A stretch of 64,000 nucleotides of DNA, taken from contig JARFYF010000052.1 of assembly GCA_030265395.1 (NCBI GenBank), positions 72,771,362 through 72,835,361 on the forward strand, in the 5' to 3' direction. Position numbers and translations under genes: made by a program. The DNA comes from Rhina ancylostomus (lineage: Eukaryota). This document shows positions 38,371-49,900 of the stretch, one piece after another. The notes below the pieces were generated by a model. That model was given only the letters and a program-made list of their open reading frames with translations. It ran no database searches and was not told the origin of the DNA. Numbering within the stretch: position 1 is the first letter of the stretch; every line of letters begins with the position of its first letter.

Positions 38371-39726
38371 ATTAGATTTAAAATTGACTTGATATTTCCT
38401 GTCGTTACATTTGAGTGTATTTATAAATAAGTGGAGCTGAGAGAAGAGTAAAAACAAAATTCACCAATTTGCAATGCATTAGCTGGAGAGAATTCTAGCA
38501 GTCCTGAATATGGACCCAGTCACCTACTCACTTTGCTCTGAGACACATCACCAGAGAGAGGTAGTTGTTCCATGCCAGCAGATTCTCATCCGTCAATGGA
38601 TTGGCTGTGGAGCAAAAGCCCCAGGTTTCATTTCCACTCCACCACCATCCCACCGCCCGCCCACCTCACCACCAATTAATGATAGCACAATGGATATTTT
38701 GCCTTGCTCTTTCTCTCCTGGTGCAGCATTTTGCTTTCAACACTTCTGGGATCTATTTCAATAGGCTGTGCATATCGCAGTGCCTTGTCAAGCCTTCCGG
38801 GGCTGCTGAGGTGTCACGTAGGCTATTTGTAGAACAAATGGTAGATCGTGGAAGTGAAGCGGCTCGGTCTTCCTGAGAGTGTCAGCAGACACCCCACTGA
38901 GCAGAGTGCTGCTAATTGTCTCAAGATTCGCAATCGCTGGTGCGCTGTCACTTCGCGGGATGTTCTCTCTGCTGATTATGTGGCGACAGCCCCCCTTCCC
39001 AAGAAGCCGGTTGTCACTCAGTGTCCCTTTCCGAGGCGCTGCGTGCAAATCAGGGTCCTCTTTGCGCCCACACTCGCTTGCAGAGAACATAACATCCCAC
39101 GTGTGTTAAAGATTCACCACCCCGCCGGCTGGCTGCAGCCACCTGTCGATTTCCTATCGATTAGGGATTTCCGATTTTGCCCCCTGCAATCCCCGTCATT
39201 ATTAAAAGGGCGGGGGCGCAGAGTCGCACCAAATTTACTAAAAGGAACATGTTTTAATCATGCGAGGAAAAACAAATAGAGATTCACTTTAGCACGTAAA
39301 TGCTCAGTCGTGATTATTTTGAAAATTGTGGGGTTATTTGCAAATTCCTCATATGGCGGAGGGTAAAAAGTATTTATATTTTTTTGAAGTTAAAATAAAT
39401 CTTACGGTGACATCTCCGTGTAATCACAGTTACAAAGAGAACACGGTCCAGATAAGTTTAATTTTAATGTTATAATTTAACAGCCAGTCCTGGGTAAGAT
39501 CATAAGAGTGGGTCCCAAAATCGATCCAGGGTCACTCCCGCGGAAGGAAAGATCAAAAAGCGGGCAAGGGCAATAAGTCCTGTAGTGTCCGAAGAGGATA
39601 TTTTTAAACTATCTGGANNNNNNNNNNGCCCAAACAGCGGACGGTGCAGAAAGTGGAAGGCTCACCAATAGAGTACGGGATGATTTGTTAAATGGTTGTG
39701 TGCAAGGGCGCGTCAAAGACCAAAAG

Positions 39727-39908
39727 ATGTGTAGTGTGGACAAGAGTTTTGTGCTGCTTTCTGTGGCAATTGGGATCAGCTTGTTATCCGGCACTGTGAT
39801 TAGAAAAACAGTGAAATGTCCTTCCCGGTGCAGCTGCACCAGAGATACCATCATGTGTATTGGAACTTCATCCGTCCCAAGGATTACTGCCAGCGATATA
39901 ACGTCCCT
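39727..39908 (+). CDS. LGI2: LGI2 exon 1: signal peptide + LRR N-terminal cap
   Basis: aagATG (A at -3); MCSVDKSFVLLSVAIGISLLSGTVIRKTVKCPSRCSCTRDTIMCIGTSSVPRITASDITSL vs human ...CPATCSCTKESIICVGSSWVPRIVPGDISSL; donor CT|gtaagt. Confidence 0.92.
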
Positions 39909-40784
39909 GTAAGTAACCAGAACCGACGACCGTATATGCTTTGTTTATTATTACTGGGAAAGAAATGACAGTCCTTATTATCTTAGCTGACAGCCAGTAC
40001 CACTTGAAACGAAAGCCAAATGCAAGCAGGGGAATGAAGTTTAAATTGAAAGACGAGCGATAGAGATTGTTTATGTTATTGTGTAACGATATACCACTGC
40101 AGTCTGTAACACGGGAATAATACTAGTGCATTCAAAAAGCGAGAGACAAGCGATATACGAATGCTGAGGGGAACATCTCAGCACAGTACCGAGCAGTTAG
40201 CGTGCAGCATCGACGGTGCGGAATAATTAAGGATGACGTTTTGCGATTTAAAGAGGTTTTTTTTGTAACGCGATAACGTAAAGAAATTAGGGAGCAACAC
40301 TTTCTTTTCTGTTAATTTTTGATCTTCCAAAAAAAGCAAGTAAACGGGCCTTTCCACAGCCGCACAAGCCAGGGGAGCTGTTGTCGCACCGCGTTGCGTC
40401 CCCATCTTCTGTTCCAGTTTATTGATCTATTTCCATTAACGCGTTTTGGACTTTGTGTAAGAAAATAGAATATTACATTCCCTTTGGGTTTTTTTTGTTC
40501 CCTGTAACTATCATTTTACAGATTAGGTTGCAATGCAAAGGCTCCTGCATACATTGGGAGAGCACAAAGAACTTCGAAAGAAATATTGAACAAAACTGGG
40601 TAAAGTGCACCAGGGCTTTCTCGGAGCAAAGAACCTACATTATAGGTCGGTTCTGATAGTGTAAAACATCTGGAGTAAGCGTGAATGAGGAAAAAAGTCG
40701 CTGCTAACTTTTCGGTCAAAGCGGGGACGGTCTGCATTCCTCACCAACTAATGCATGCGGGTTTGTTTTAATCTCCGTCTGCAG

Positions 40785-40856
40785 GAGTTTGGTAAATGGA
40801 AGTTACCACGAAATAACAGAAAGAATGTTCTCAAGCTTGCCGTTTTTGCAACTTTT
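40785..40856 (+). CDS. LGI2: LGI2 exon 2 (72-bp LRR exon)
   Basis: ctgcag|G...TT|gtgagt; SLVNGSYHEITERMFSSLPFLQLL vs human SLVNGTFSEIKDRMFSHLPSLQLL. Confidence 0.95.
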
Positions 40857-41886
40857 GTGAGTATGGATGTGTTTCTTATTACATTGGATGGAGTAAACGA
40901 CGACACACACTCTTTGGGTAAATCAGTAAGAACCTCTAACAAAAATGTTAAATTTATAAAAATGTGCCGAATTATCAAAAAAAAGTGGAACGCATAAATT
41001 GAGAAAGAGGTACGCATTTCTTAGAGAAAAATATGTGTGGAATCCAACCTCAAGATTTTAGAGTTGACTTTATTTTTAAAAAATATTATTTACATTGTGA
41101 TGAACAGATGTGAAATCAATTCCCATGGGCTATGGTCATTTTGCCAATTACCGTTCCTTGTACAAAGATGACCTGGTTTTGAGAAGGACGGCGGAACCTG
41201 CAGAGATAAATGCACTCAGATGAAATCCCACCGATAAGCCACATTCCACTACATAGTTTAATAGTCAGTGTGTATACACGGAGAAGTCCCAATGTATCTT
41301 AAACCAATCTGGGCTGAATGGAATATTAACCTCACTTTCACTGAGAGATCCATCGCACTCGGATGCTTTGCGGTAATTCCCATTATCTGCGTGAGCAGAG
41401 GATGCTGCCAGACGGTTGTCCACATTCAGAAGTGAGGAATGAAACCTTAATTCCCCACCAAATCTAAATCCCATCATGAGCTATCATTGCTCTGGAGTTA
41501 GCACAGCAGGAAAATTGGTAATTAATGCAGGAAGCTCAGAATTCTTGCAAAATTACACAATAACTACAAGAATTATAAATATCAGTTAACAAAGAATTAT
41601 TAATATAAAATTTTAGGAATGCAGTAGAGCATTGACATCAAAAATAAAGATAACTTTTATGAAGGCAATGTGAGGCTCATTTCCAAAGCTGTCATTTCCG
41701 CCATCAATACTTTTACATAAGGTATTCATTTCTAACTCCACTCCCAACTATGGATACAGTAATGTGAGACAGATAGACAGAATCATGGGGGAATCACCAA
41801 GCTTGAGTGGTTACAGGGAGTCAGCCATCTAAAGAAAATGCGCAAGTAATAACAGTGCCCTACTTGCACGGCAAATCTTAATTGAT

Positions 41887-42585
41887 GAAAAACACGATGA
41901 TGTTGGAGGATCTCAGCAGGCCAGGCAGCTTCTGTGGAGAAAAGCAGGTGGTCAAGGTTTTGGGTCAGGACCCTTCTTCAGGACTGAAGATAGGAAAAGG
42001 GGAAGCCCAATATATGGGAGGAAAAAGCAGAGCAGTGATAGGTGGGCAAAAGATGGTGATAGGTAGATGCAGGTAAGAGATAGTGATAGGCAGGTGTGGG
42101 GGAGGAGGGGAGAGCAGATCCACCAGGGGANNNNNNNNNNNNNNNNNNNNNNNNNNNNNNNNNNNNNNNNNNNNNNNNNNNNNNNNNNNNNNNNNNNNNN
42201 NNNNNNNNNNNNNNNNNNNNNNNNNNNNNNGCACAAGGTGGTGACAGGTAGATGCAGGTAAGAGATAGTGATAGGCAGGTGTGGGGGAGGAGGGGAGAGC
42301 AGATCCACAGGGGGATGGGTCAAAGGTAAGGAGAGAGATGAAAAAAGGTAAGAAAAAAGAGGCTAGGAAAGGGAAGAAGAGAATAACCATACTGGGGGGG
42401 GGAGTGGAGATGACCTAAAGTGGAAGAATTCAACGTTCATGCTGTTAGGCTGCAAGGATCCAAAACAGAGGTGCAGTTCCTCCAGTTTGCACTTGGAATT
42501 CTCCCGGCAGTGGAGGAGATCGAGGACTGTTATATCAGTGATAATGTGGGAGGGGGAGTTGAAGTGACTGGCAATGAGGAGACGG
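41887..42585 (-). mobile_element. 5'-truncated Penelope-like element: GIY-YIG C-terminus, 3' region and hammerhead motif, with 12-bp TSD
   Basis: Minus strand from 42584: RLLIASHFNSPSHIITDITVLDLLHCRENSKCKLEELHLCFGSLQPNSMNVEFFHFR; CTGAAGA core at 41975-41981; ATCTTAATTGAT at 41875-41886 and 42586-42597. Confidence 0.85.
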
Positions 42586-43289
42586 ATCTTAATTGATTAT
42601 TTGTAAAAGCTGCACTGATGAAGAGATGGCTGCTCATAAGGCTAGAATCTAGCCATGAAAGAAAATGAAGTTAAAAGAATGCAAGAAAGCCAAACAGAAG
42701 AGACTAATTGTAACAGTGTCCTTTGTCCAAGTAGATTGAAGAAGATGACTCTGAATTCAAGAGTAAACAGGTAGAGGCAAAGGTATCTGTTTGAATCAGG
42801 AAGGAAAATCAGGAAATGGAGAGCCAGGACCGGCCAGAAAAATAACTTTTCACCTCCAGAATATCGTGGTTGACAGGTTGAAATCATACATGGTGTGGAT
42901 GAACTTCAATATGAACTCAACTAGCCTTGATACTATTGACACGATATAACTTGTACACAACTAAATATATGACTTGTACACAACCGTATATTAAAGCCCC
43001 ATCCTCCAGGAATAAAATGTTAGCTTTATAAGGAAGGATAAGTAGGACATGTAGAGGGAATAGAGGCTGTAAAAGTAATGGAATTTCCTAAGGTCTGAAT
43101 CATTTTCATGGAAATAATGAACAGCGGGAAGGATGAAGTTTTAGCCATGGCTCAACATAGTTTTGAAGTTCAGAAATTCAGCATATTTAATCAGAAGGGA
43201 TACCTATCTGGGATGTGCAAGAATAAGAATAAATAGCAAGTGGAGATTCTACAGTCTCATCCTTTGATTACATTGTGTGAACTATTAAA

Positions 43290-43760
43290 TGGAAACATAG
43301 GTACAGATGAAGGTTATTAAGACCCTTGATCTACTCCACTGTTCAGCTTAGATTATACCTCATCTGTGCCTCAGCTCCATTTACCTATCTTTGTTCCGTA
43401 TCCCATGATACTCATATCTAACAAAACCACATTATTCTTGAACATTTGAACTCATCCAGCAAATAAGGCATTCTAGGACATAGAATTTCAGATGACCACA
43501 CTCGTGTGTCGAATGATTATCTCTGACTTTACTTTTATTTAGTCTAGCTTTAATTTTAAGATTGTAGTCCCTCATCCTGCATTCCTCCACTAGAAGAATA
43601 ATTTCCTTGAATATATTTCCCCTGTATCTGAACCCCTCTATAATTTTAGGCCACAAACATCTAAACATGATGGAATGCAAACCAAGTTTATGGAACCCAT
43701 CCCCATAATTTAACCCTTTAGCCATGCTAACACTTTGGTGAATTTGCAATGTGATGCCAT
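43290..43760 (-). mobile_element. CR1-type LINE 3' fragment
   Basis: Minus strand KGLNY...F.KLGL.S, VEECRMR.YNLKI, typical of the CR1 C-terminal region. Confidence 0.65.
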
Positions 43761-46527
43761 GTTATTCCCTGCCCTCAACCACTCCTCGCCAGTCACCCCT
43801 CCCTTTTCCCTCCCAAAGTTGATCACAGCTGGGAATGTAATACAGATGTTTATCATATGCATTTTCTGAATAGATAAGTCCTGTGCAAATTAATCTTTTT
43901 ATTCTCATATTACATCTCCCTTGAAATAAAGACCACAACTAATGGTCTTTTTTTATTACTCTTTGTACCGTTGAACTTACTTTTAACATTGTTAGTTGGA
44001 AGTTACCCTTCATAAATCCATGCTGACTGTCTTGAACTAAGTGTGTGCAAAGAATTCATCAATAATTATGGATCCTGAATGCATCACAAAATCTAAAACC
44101 AGATTCCCGGGGCATGGCAAATTTCTGAAAATTAAACAATTATCCTTGCTGTGTATGGAGTAGCAGCAGAATTAACTAAGTATATCATAGTGACTTCCCC
44201 TTCTTCATGAGTAAATGTTAATTGTATTCAATTACAAATAAATACCAGGTATTTCCAAACTTCACTGTAATACTTAATGAGAATTCTTTTATAAAATTTA
44301 TGTTGAGTACGTTTGACTGAAATACACTTTAAAATATCTGCAGTATACAGAGAATACATATAATTTATATTTGCCTAATGTTTCAATGCTGCTGTTAAAG
44401 ATTAAAATCTCCTATTTCAGGAACCAAGTACCACTTCCCATTTTCCACCGGTCAGGTCTGATGGCCTGAATCATGCCATGCCAGCAACTTGCTTCAGCTT
44501 CAGAAGTCCACCTACTATTGCATTTCACACTAACTATCCTGTGATTGCTTTCAGAGAAGTTAACAATTTAGAGAGAGAGTTTTGTGCTTTAGGTCCATAC
44601 AGTCATGTGCTACTATCAGCCTGCCCAGATTTATTCCTTGTAGATTCCTTAAAGTTAGGACCATCTTCCATTCCAGTAACCTACAATGGATTTGAAAAAA
44701 CAGGTCCCATTATTGCAGGATCATGTTGATACACCATCAGGGCAGTAAAAGATTTTAATTTTAGCTTCTACCCATGGAACTCAGTACTTGGTAACAAGAT
44801 CTTATTTCCTGTTCAGTATTTATTTCGTTTGAAAGAAATTAATGCTACTTGTTTATTTGAATAAATTCTATTTTTTTTTGCAGGGAACCAAATATAAATG
44901 ATGTTATCCTAATATAGTACTAAAAAGGCAGAACTGTCACATAGGAAAGGTAGTTTTCATCATTATTTACTGATGGATATTGTAGCAATGGTGATTTTAC
45001 TGAGTAATAGAACATGAACTATATGAATTTAAAAAAACTATATATATTTTTTCAAAATTGCTCAGCTAAATGTTTATTACCACCTCAACAAACAGCATTT
45101 AATTTTTTTGCAGTTTACAGAAATTACTTCAGGCATCAACATACATAATGGAGTCAGGTTATGGCTATAGTTCTTAAATGCAATCAATACCAGTAAATGC
45201 TTAGTAGAGAGAGGTCATCAACTGAACATATGCCGTCTGCAGGCCAGTGTTTCAATCTTTCTGAAGGACCAGTTGACTGAAAAGCTTTGTGTTTTCTGTC
45301 TAATTCCAGTATGCTGTACTTTTGTAGCATGTTGCTGAACTGCATTAAACATCAGATTGGAGTCTTGGACATGATGCATTTTTAATTCAAACTTTTATTC
45401 TCCATTGGGAAAAAAATAAATTGGAGCAAAATTAATATATTGCTTATAAACAATGTACAAAACATAAACATGAAAAAGCAACAAAACATTTCGAAAACAA
45501 GCAGTTGAAGTATAAAGTGAATTTATAAAATTGCGTGAATTGTTAAATAATTCTTGAAAGAATTAGGAACAACAGTAGGTCATGTGCATCTCAAATCTGC
45601 TTTGGTGTTAATGAGGTCAGGGCTACTCTGATGATTCGCCTCCATTTCTCTACCTAATCCCTTCATTTCACCTAAAATCCACCTATTTCAGCCTTAAGTA
45701 TGTATAATGACTGCATCCATATCTCTTTGAGGTAGATTCACAACCCATTAAAGCTAGCAACACCAAACCCTTTTCCAATAAATATCATGGATCTTCCACA
45801 TTGGACTTCAATTAGATTTGATTCAGATGGCATTCTTCAAGCCATTCACAATGTGTTTTCCTTTGTATTAATCATTGTGTATGTAATGTTAAAACTTTCT
45901 GAAATCAAGCTATGTTTCTTCTGTTTGGACATTTGTTTGTGTTCACTGTGTTCCTGAGAGATGAACAATATGATTCTTTAACTGCAGGCCTTTTCATGGT
46001 ACTTTCTAAAGTTATGGAAGCTGCCATTAACTCTCATACTATCCACTATATAAAGGTTCTTGTTAATCCATGATTGTGAGTATATTTTTGAAATGGTGGA
46101 TCCATTGGTGATCTTGTTACCTATTAAAATTACTGTTTATACCTTTTGTTAGCTTGATTCCTTCTTGCTTGCCTGCTCCAACTTCATATCTAAAATAAAT
46201 ATACAGGCCTCATGGATTTCTTCATCATTATAATGGTCTGTGCTTTCAGCTGCCTTTTCCACTGTTTCAATAACCAGGCTAAAATGTTCTATTGTTCCCC
46301 CTAACAAATTTGCTCTGAAGCTATTTTTCTTCAATGCCCACACAACTTTGAAACTCTCATTCTTTTACAAAGAGTTATTGCTAATTCTCCTATGAAGATT
46401 TATTGCTTATATTATGTAAATTAAATCTGCCAATATTCCTTGTTTGGATGCTATTGCTTTGGAAAAAAACCATGATACAAATGTAACACCATAATTTCCT
46501 TAAAAGAGCTGCTGATTTTTATTTCAG

Positions 46528-46599
46528 GCTGCTGAATTCAGATTCAGTTACATCAATAAAAGATGATGCCTTTGTTGGGCTTCCGCGTCTTGAGTATTT
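46528..46599 (+). CDS. LGI2: LGI2 exon 3 (72-bp LRR exon)
   Basis: tttcag|G...TT|gtgagt; LLNSDSVTSIKDDAFVGLPRLEYL vs human LLNSNSFTIIRDDAFAGLFHLEYL. Confidence 0.95.
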
Positions 46600-46691
46600 G
46601 TGAGTTCCTCTCCTTTTGTGTTTTCTATTTTCTTCTTTAATAATCAAGTTACTCAACCATTTGAGCTAACTGGCTGTCTTCATGTCTCTAG

Positions 46692-46763
46692 ATTCATTGA
46701 AAGCAACAAAATTGAGTCCATATCAAGACATGCTTTTCGAGGACTCAAAGATTTGATCCATCT
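46692..46763 (+). CDS. LGI2: LGI2 exon 4 (72-bp LRR exon)
   Basis: ctctag|A...CT|gtaagt; FIESNKIESISRHAFRGLKDLIHL vs human FIEGNKIETISRNAFRGLRDLTHL. Confidence 0.96.
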
Positions 46764-46920
46764 GTAAGTCTTCATGTTGTTGTTGTTGTCAAGTTATTGT
46801 AAAATCACCACAGTTTTAAGTAGTTTTTCTATAAAAATATATCAATCATAAAATCAAGTAATTTCTTAAGGTATTTAAACTATTGAAGTGATGCTTTAAA
46901 ACAAATTCTTTTATTTTCAG

Positions 46921-46992
46921 TTCTTTGGCCAACAATGGGATCAAATCTTTGCCAAGAGATGTATTCCTTGAGTTGGATTCCTTGATTGAACT
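46921..46992 (+). CDS. LGI2: LGI2 exon 5 (72-bp LRR exon)
   Basis: ttttcag|T...CT|gtaagc; SLANNGIKSLPRDVFLELDSLIEL vs human SLANNHIKALPRDVFSDLDSLIEL. Confidence 0.96.
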
Positions 46993-49900
46993 GTAAGCTT
47001 CTCACACTTTTCAGCAGTAGATTAATTTAACTAATTAATTTATTCAATGCAATGAACTGGTAGAGTTCTAATGTGTTATTTCACACAAGTGTACAACATT
47101 TAGTTAAAAATTAACCATTTATTTTGTAATGTTAAACAATGAGCTGAAAGAAAAATCCATATCTATGCTCTGCAGAAATATGTTTGTGCACCTGGAAGAA
47201 TATGTTTAGACACAGTGTGCAGATATAAATATGTTTCCTCTGATCTTCACCTACACTAATATACTGCAGGATATTTGCCACAACATAATAGCATAACAGT
47301 TGATCTTAGACTTCAATTTACTTAGTTCTGAGTTTGATCAGGAAATTCGTGAAAAAAATATAGTGCTGGGGTACTTGCACCTGGAACATGAAATCACAGA
47401 TTTATGACTTTGTATCATGCTATAAAATATCTGAACTTCACTGGATGGTATATAGGAGAAATATAAAACATGACTTGAACATTGAAGACTTAAGTAAATG
47501 CTTTTTGCTGAAAAGGAAGGAAGAAATTACACAGTAGTGCTTTTCCAGAAATAGTGTCAAGTAACAGATTGAAACCTTGGCTACATCTGTGAAATTGAGT
47601 AATGTGTTAGATTAATTGTAGTGTCTTCCCATTGATGTCTGCTGCTGACTAAAGGTTAATAGGAAAAACTGAAGTGTGCTCATCAGAAGATTATGATTTC
47701 AGGCACAATCCAAACACATTAAAGTTCATCTGTTTCTATTTGTACTGCCTGCCACTCAAACTGGAGACACACCTTGGTTTCTTCTGATTTGATTTGTACC
47801 TCACAAATTCATTAATCTGAAAAAAGAGAAGGTGGCCGCTTGGCAAAATGTCTTCACTGAATCTCATACTTGCATTTATTAAACAGTTAATGAGCTGATT
47901 GCCAGTAACTGGGAGCAAGATGGGATGGGGGCTGGGCACCTAGTAAGTCAGTTCCAGGCTGCCACGGTGTGAATTACTATTGCTGCCGAGGAAGGATGTT
48001 GCAAATAACTATGCTTTATTGAGAAGTAATACAGCAAATGATGCTGAATTGAAAGCACAATGTCACAGTATATTGATTTTAATCTGATAGCATGGGAATT
48101 GCACATGGAGGGTATTGTACCAGGATCTTGTTGTATGGACCCTCAAGGCTTGTCATTTTCATTGAAAATGGTGGTATATTTAACAGGAACTATTGTGGTA
48201 CCAGTAGTGGTAGTGACACAGCAGTTATGTTCCGCTTTCATTGTGCCTCCTGATTTTTGACTTTCTGCTATCATGGTCAGAAACAGTTTTCCACATTATT
48301 ATTTTCAATGACATTGCTTACTAAACAAAGTGTGTCAATTGATTTTTAAATGTAGTTTTTGTTATTTTCACAGATGATGGTGATAGAACCAATGGTGAGC
48401 ATTGGAATTCAGAGCAGTGCAGTGAACCTAACATCACTTTCCATCCCACAGATCAGTGTCATGGGAATTATGGATGTAGATTCAAGGGTATCCTCATTGG
48501 ATATAGACCACCTAACTACAATTAAGATTAAATGATATGCATACAGTTTACAATGTGCAGCTGATGCATAAAAAATAGATTTCAGACACTACCATACACA
48601 GGAAAGATTAATAAAAACACATTCTTTTATTAGCAGTTGCATTTCATTTTTTTAAAATAAAGAACCTAGGATCAATTCTGACAATTTCAGAAGAGAAAAG
48701 TAATGCGTTTGATCTGATACAAAAGTGAAAGAGCAATTTTTAATTTTCTTTGGGCTCTTCTAAAACAGGACCTTTTGTTGGCCTCTACCCCCACCGTCAT
48801 TTTCCACTTTAACTTTGCAGAAAGCATAGCATGTTCTCAACCTTCCAATCCATTTTAAAAAACCATGTAGATAAGATCACCGTAGGAGTCATCAGTAATG
48901 TGTATAATGTTCCACTTTTTTTACTTTAGTCATACTAGATTTCCTCACATGGAATGAATCTTTAGTGCAGAATTTACAGCCAAAGTAGTAGTGGGTTCAA
49001 TGGCACTCACTGTTATTGAAGTGCAAGTCATCTAACAGTTTATAGTGAGGAAGAGCACCCCATGAATTGAGGAATGCCTCAAATTCCGAGGATGATAAAT
49101 CCCACAAAACTGTTAACCTTGCAGAAACCATAGCTTGTTCACAACTTTCTCAACAGTTTTAAGATATTGTCGTATTTGCGTAAGTGTCAATTAATTGACC
49201 ACCTATAGTTAGGGCTGGTAGTTAATTAGGTAAATAGCTTTTTAGTGATCCTTAATATCTCCAGCCCTAATTGAATAGTTGAACCTGTGGCATCTGTTCA
49301 TCTAAGTTGACAGATGTTTTACAAGTTTTTACATTAACTTTTTGTCTATTTTTCTTACTGACTCTTGAACCAATCTTCCATTACAGTTTATTATTTCTTT
49401 CTGTACCTGATTTGACTCCAATTCACTCTACATTCTTAAATGAAGGATTTAGACTTGACAGTAAGAATAGCAGTGAATCAGAAATGGGGCAGATGATGGT
49501 CACTTACTCCATCAGTCACCATTGGTGTATTTTCCTTGTTTTGTGTAAGTGAAACGTTGAACTCAAATCACAATCATACATAACTGCTTCCCTTTTATAC
49601 TTTAGATCCAGATATAAATTACATTTTTATGTGAGAAAATATGTTTAGTTTGTACAATTTCACAAGGGAACCTGCCTGGTTCCTAGTTTATTGACTGGAT
49701 ATTTCTGATGAGTGGCATGGTTGCTGGATTTTTCTTATTCCTCACTGATAACACTAAAATTCTCAAATGGGCCAGATACCATTTTCTCAATTCTGCATTC
49801 TATTGAATTGTCATGATGAGAGATTTGCCAGTCAACCCAAGTGATCAATTGCCTTAAAGATTTTTTTTAATTTAAACTACATCTAGCTATTTGAGAACAA

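Larger units (their letters stand above)
38780..41420. promoter_or_regulatory. CpG-rich promoter/first-exon region of LGI2
   Basis: CpG dinucleotides are visibly frequent here and depleted elsewhere; GC box GGGCGG at 39208-39213; CCAAT at 39665-39669; spans LGI2 exons 1-2. Confidence 0.7.

Noticed and set aside
38848-39279. 143-aa ORF and overlapping ORFs upstream of LGI2
   Set aside because: Non-ATG start, no recognisable domain, and expected by chance in GC/CpG-rich promoter DNA.
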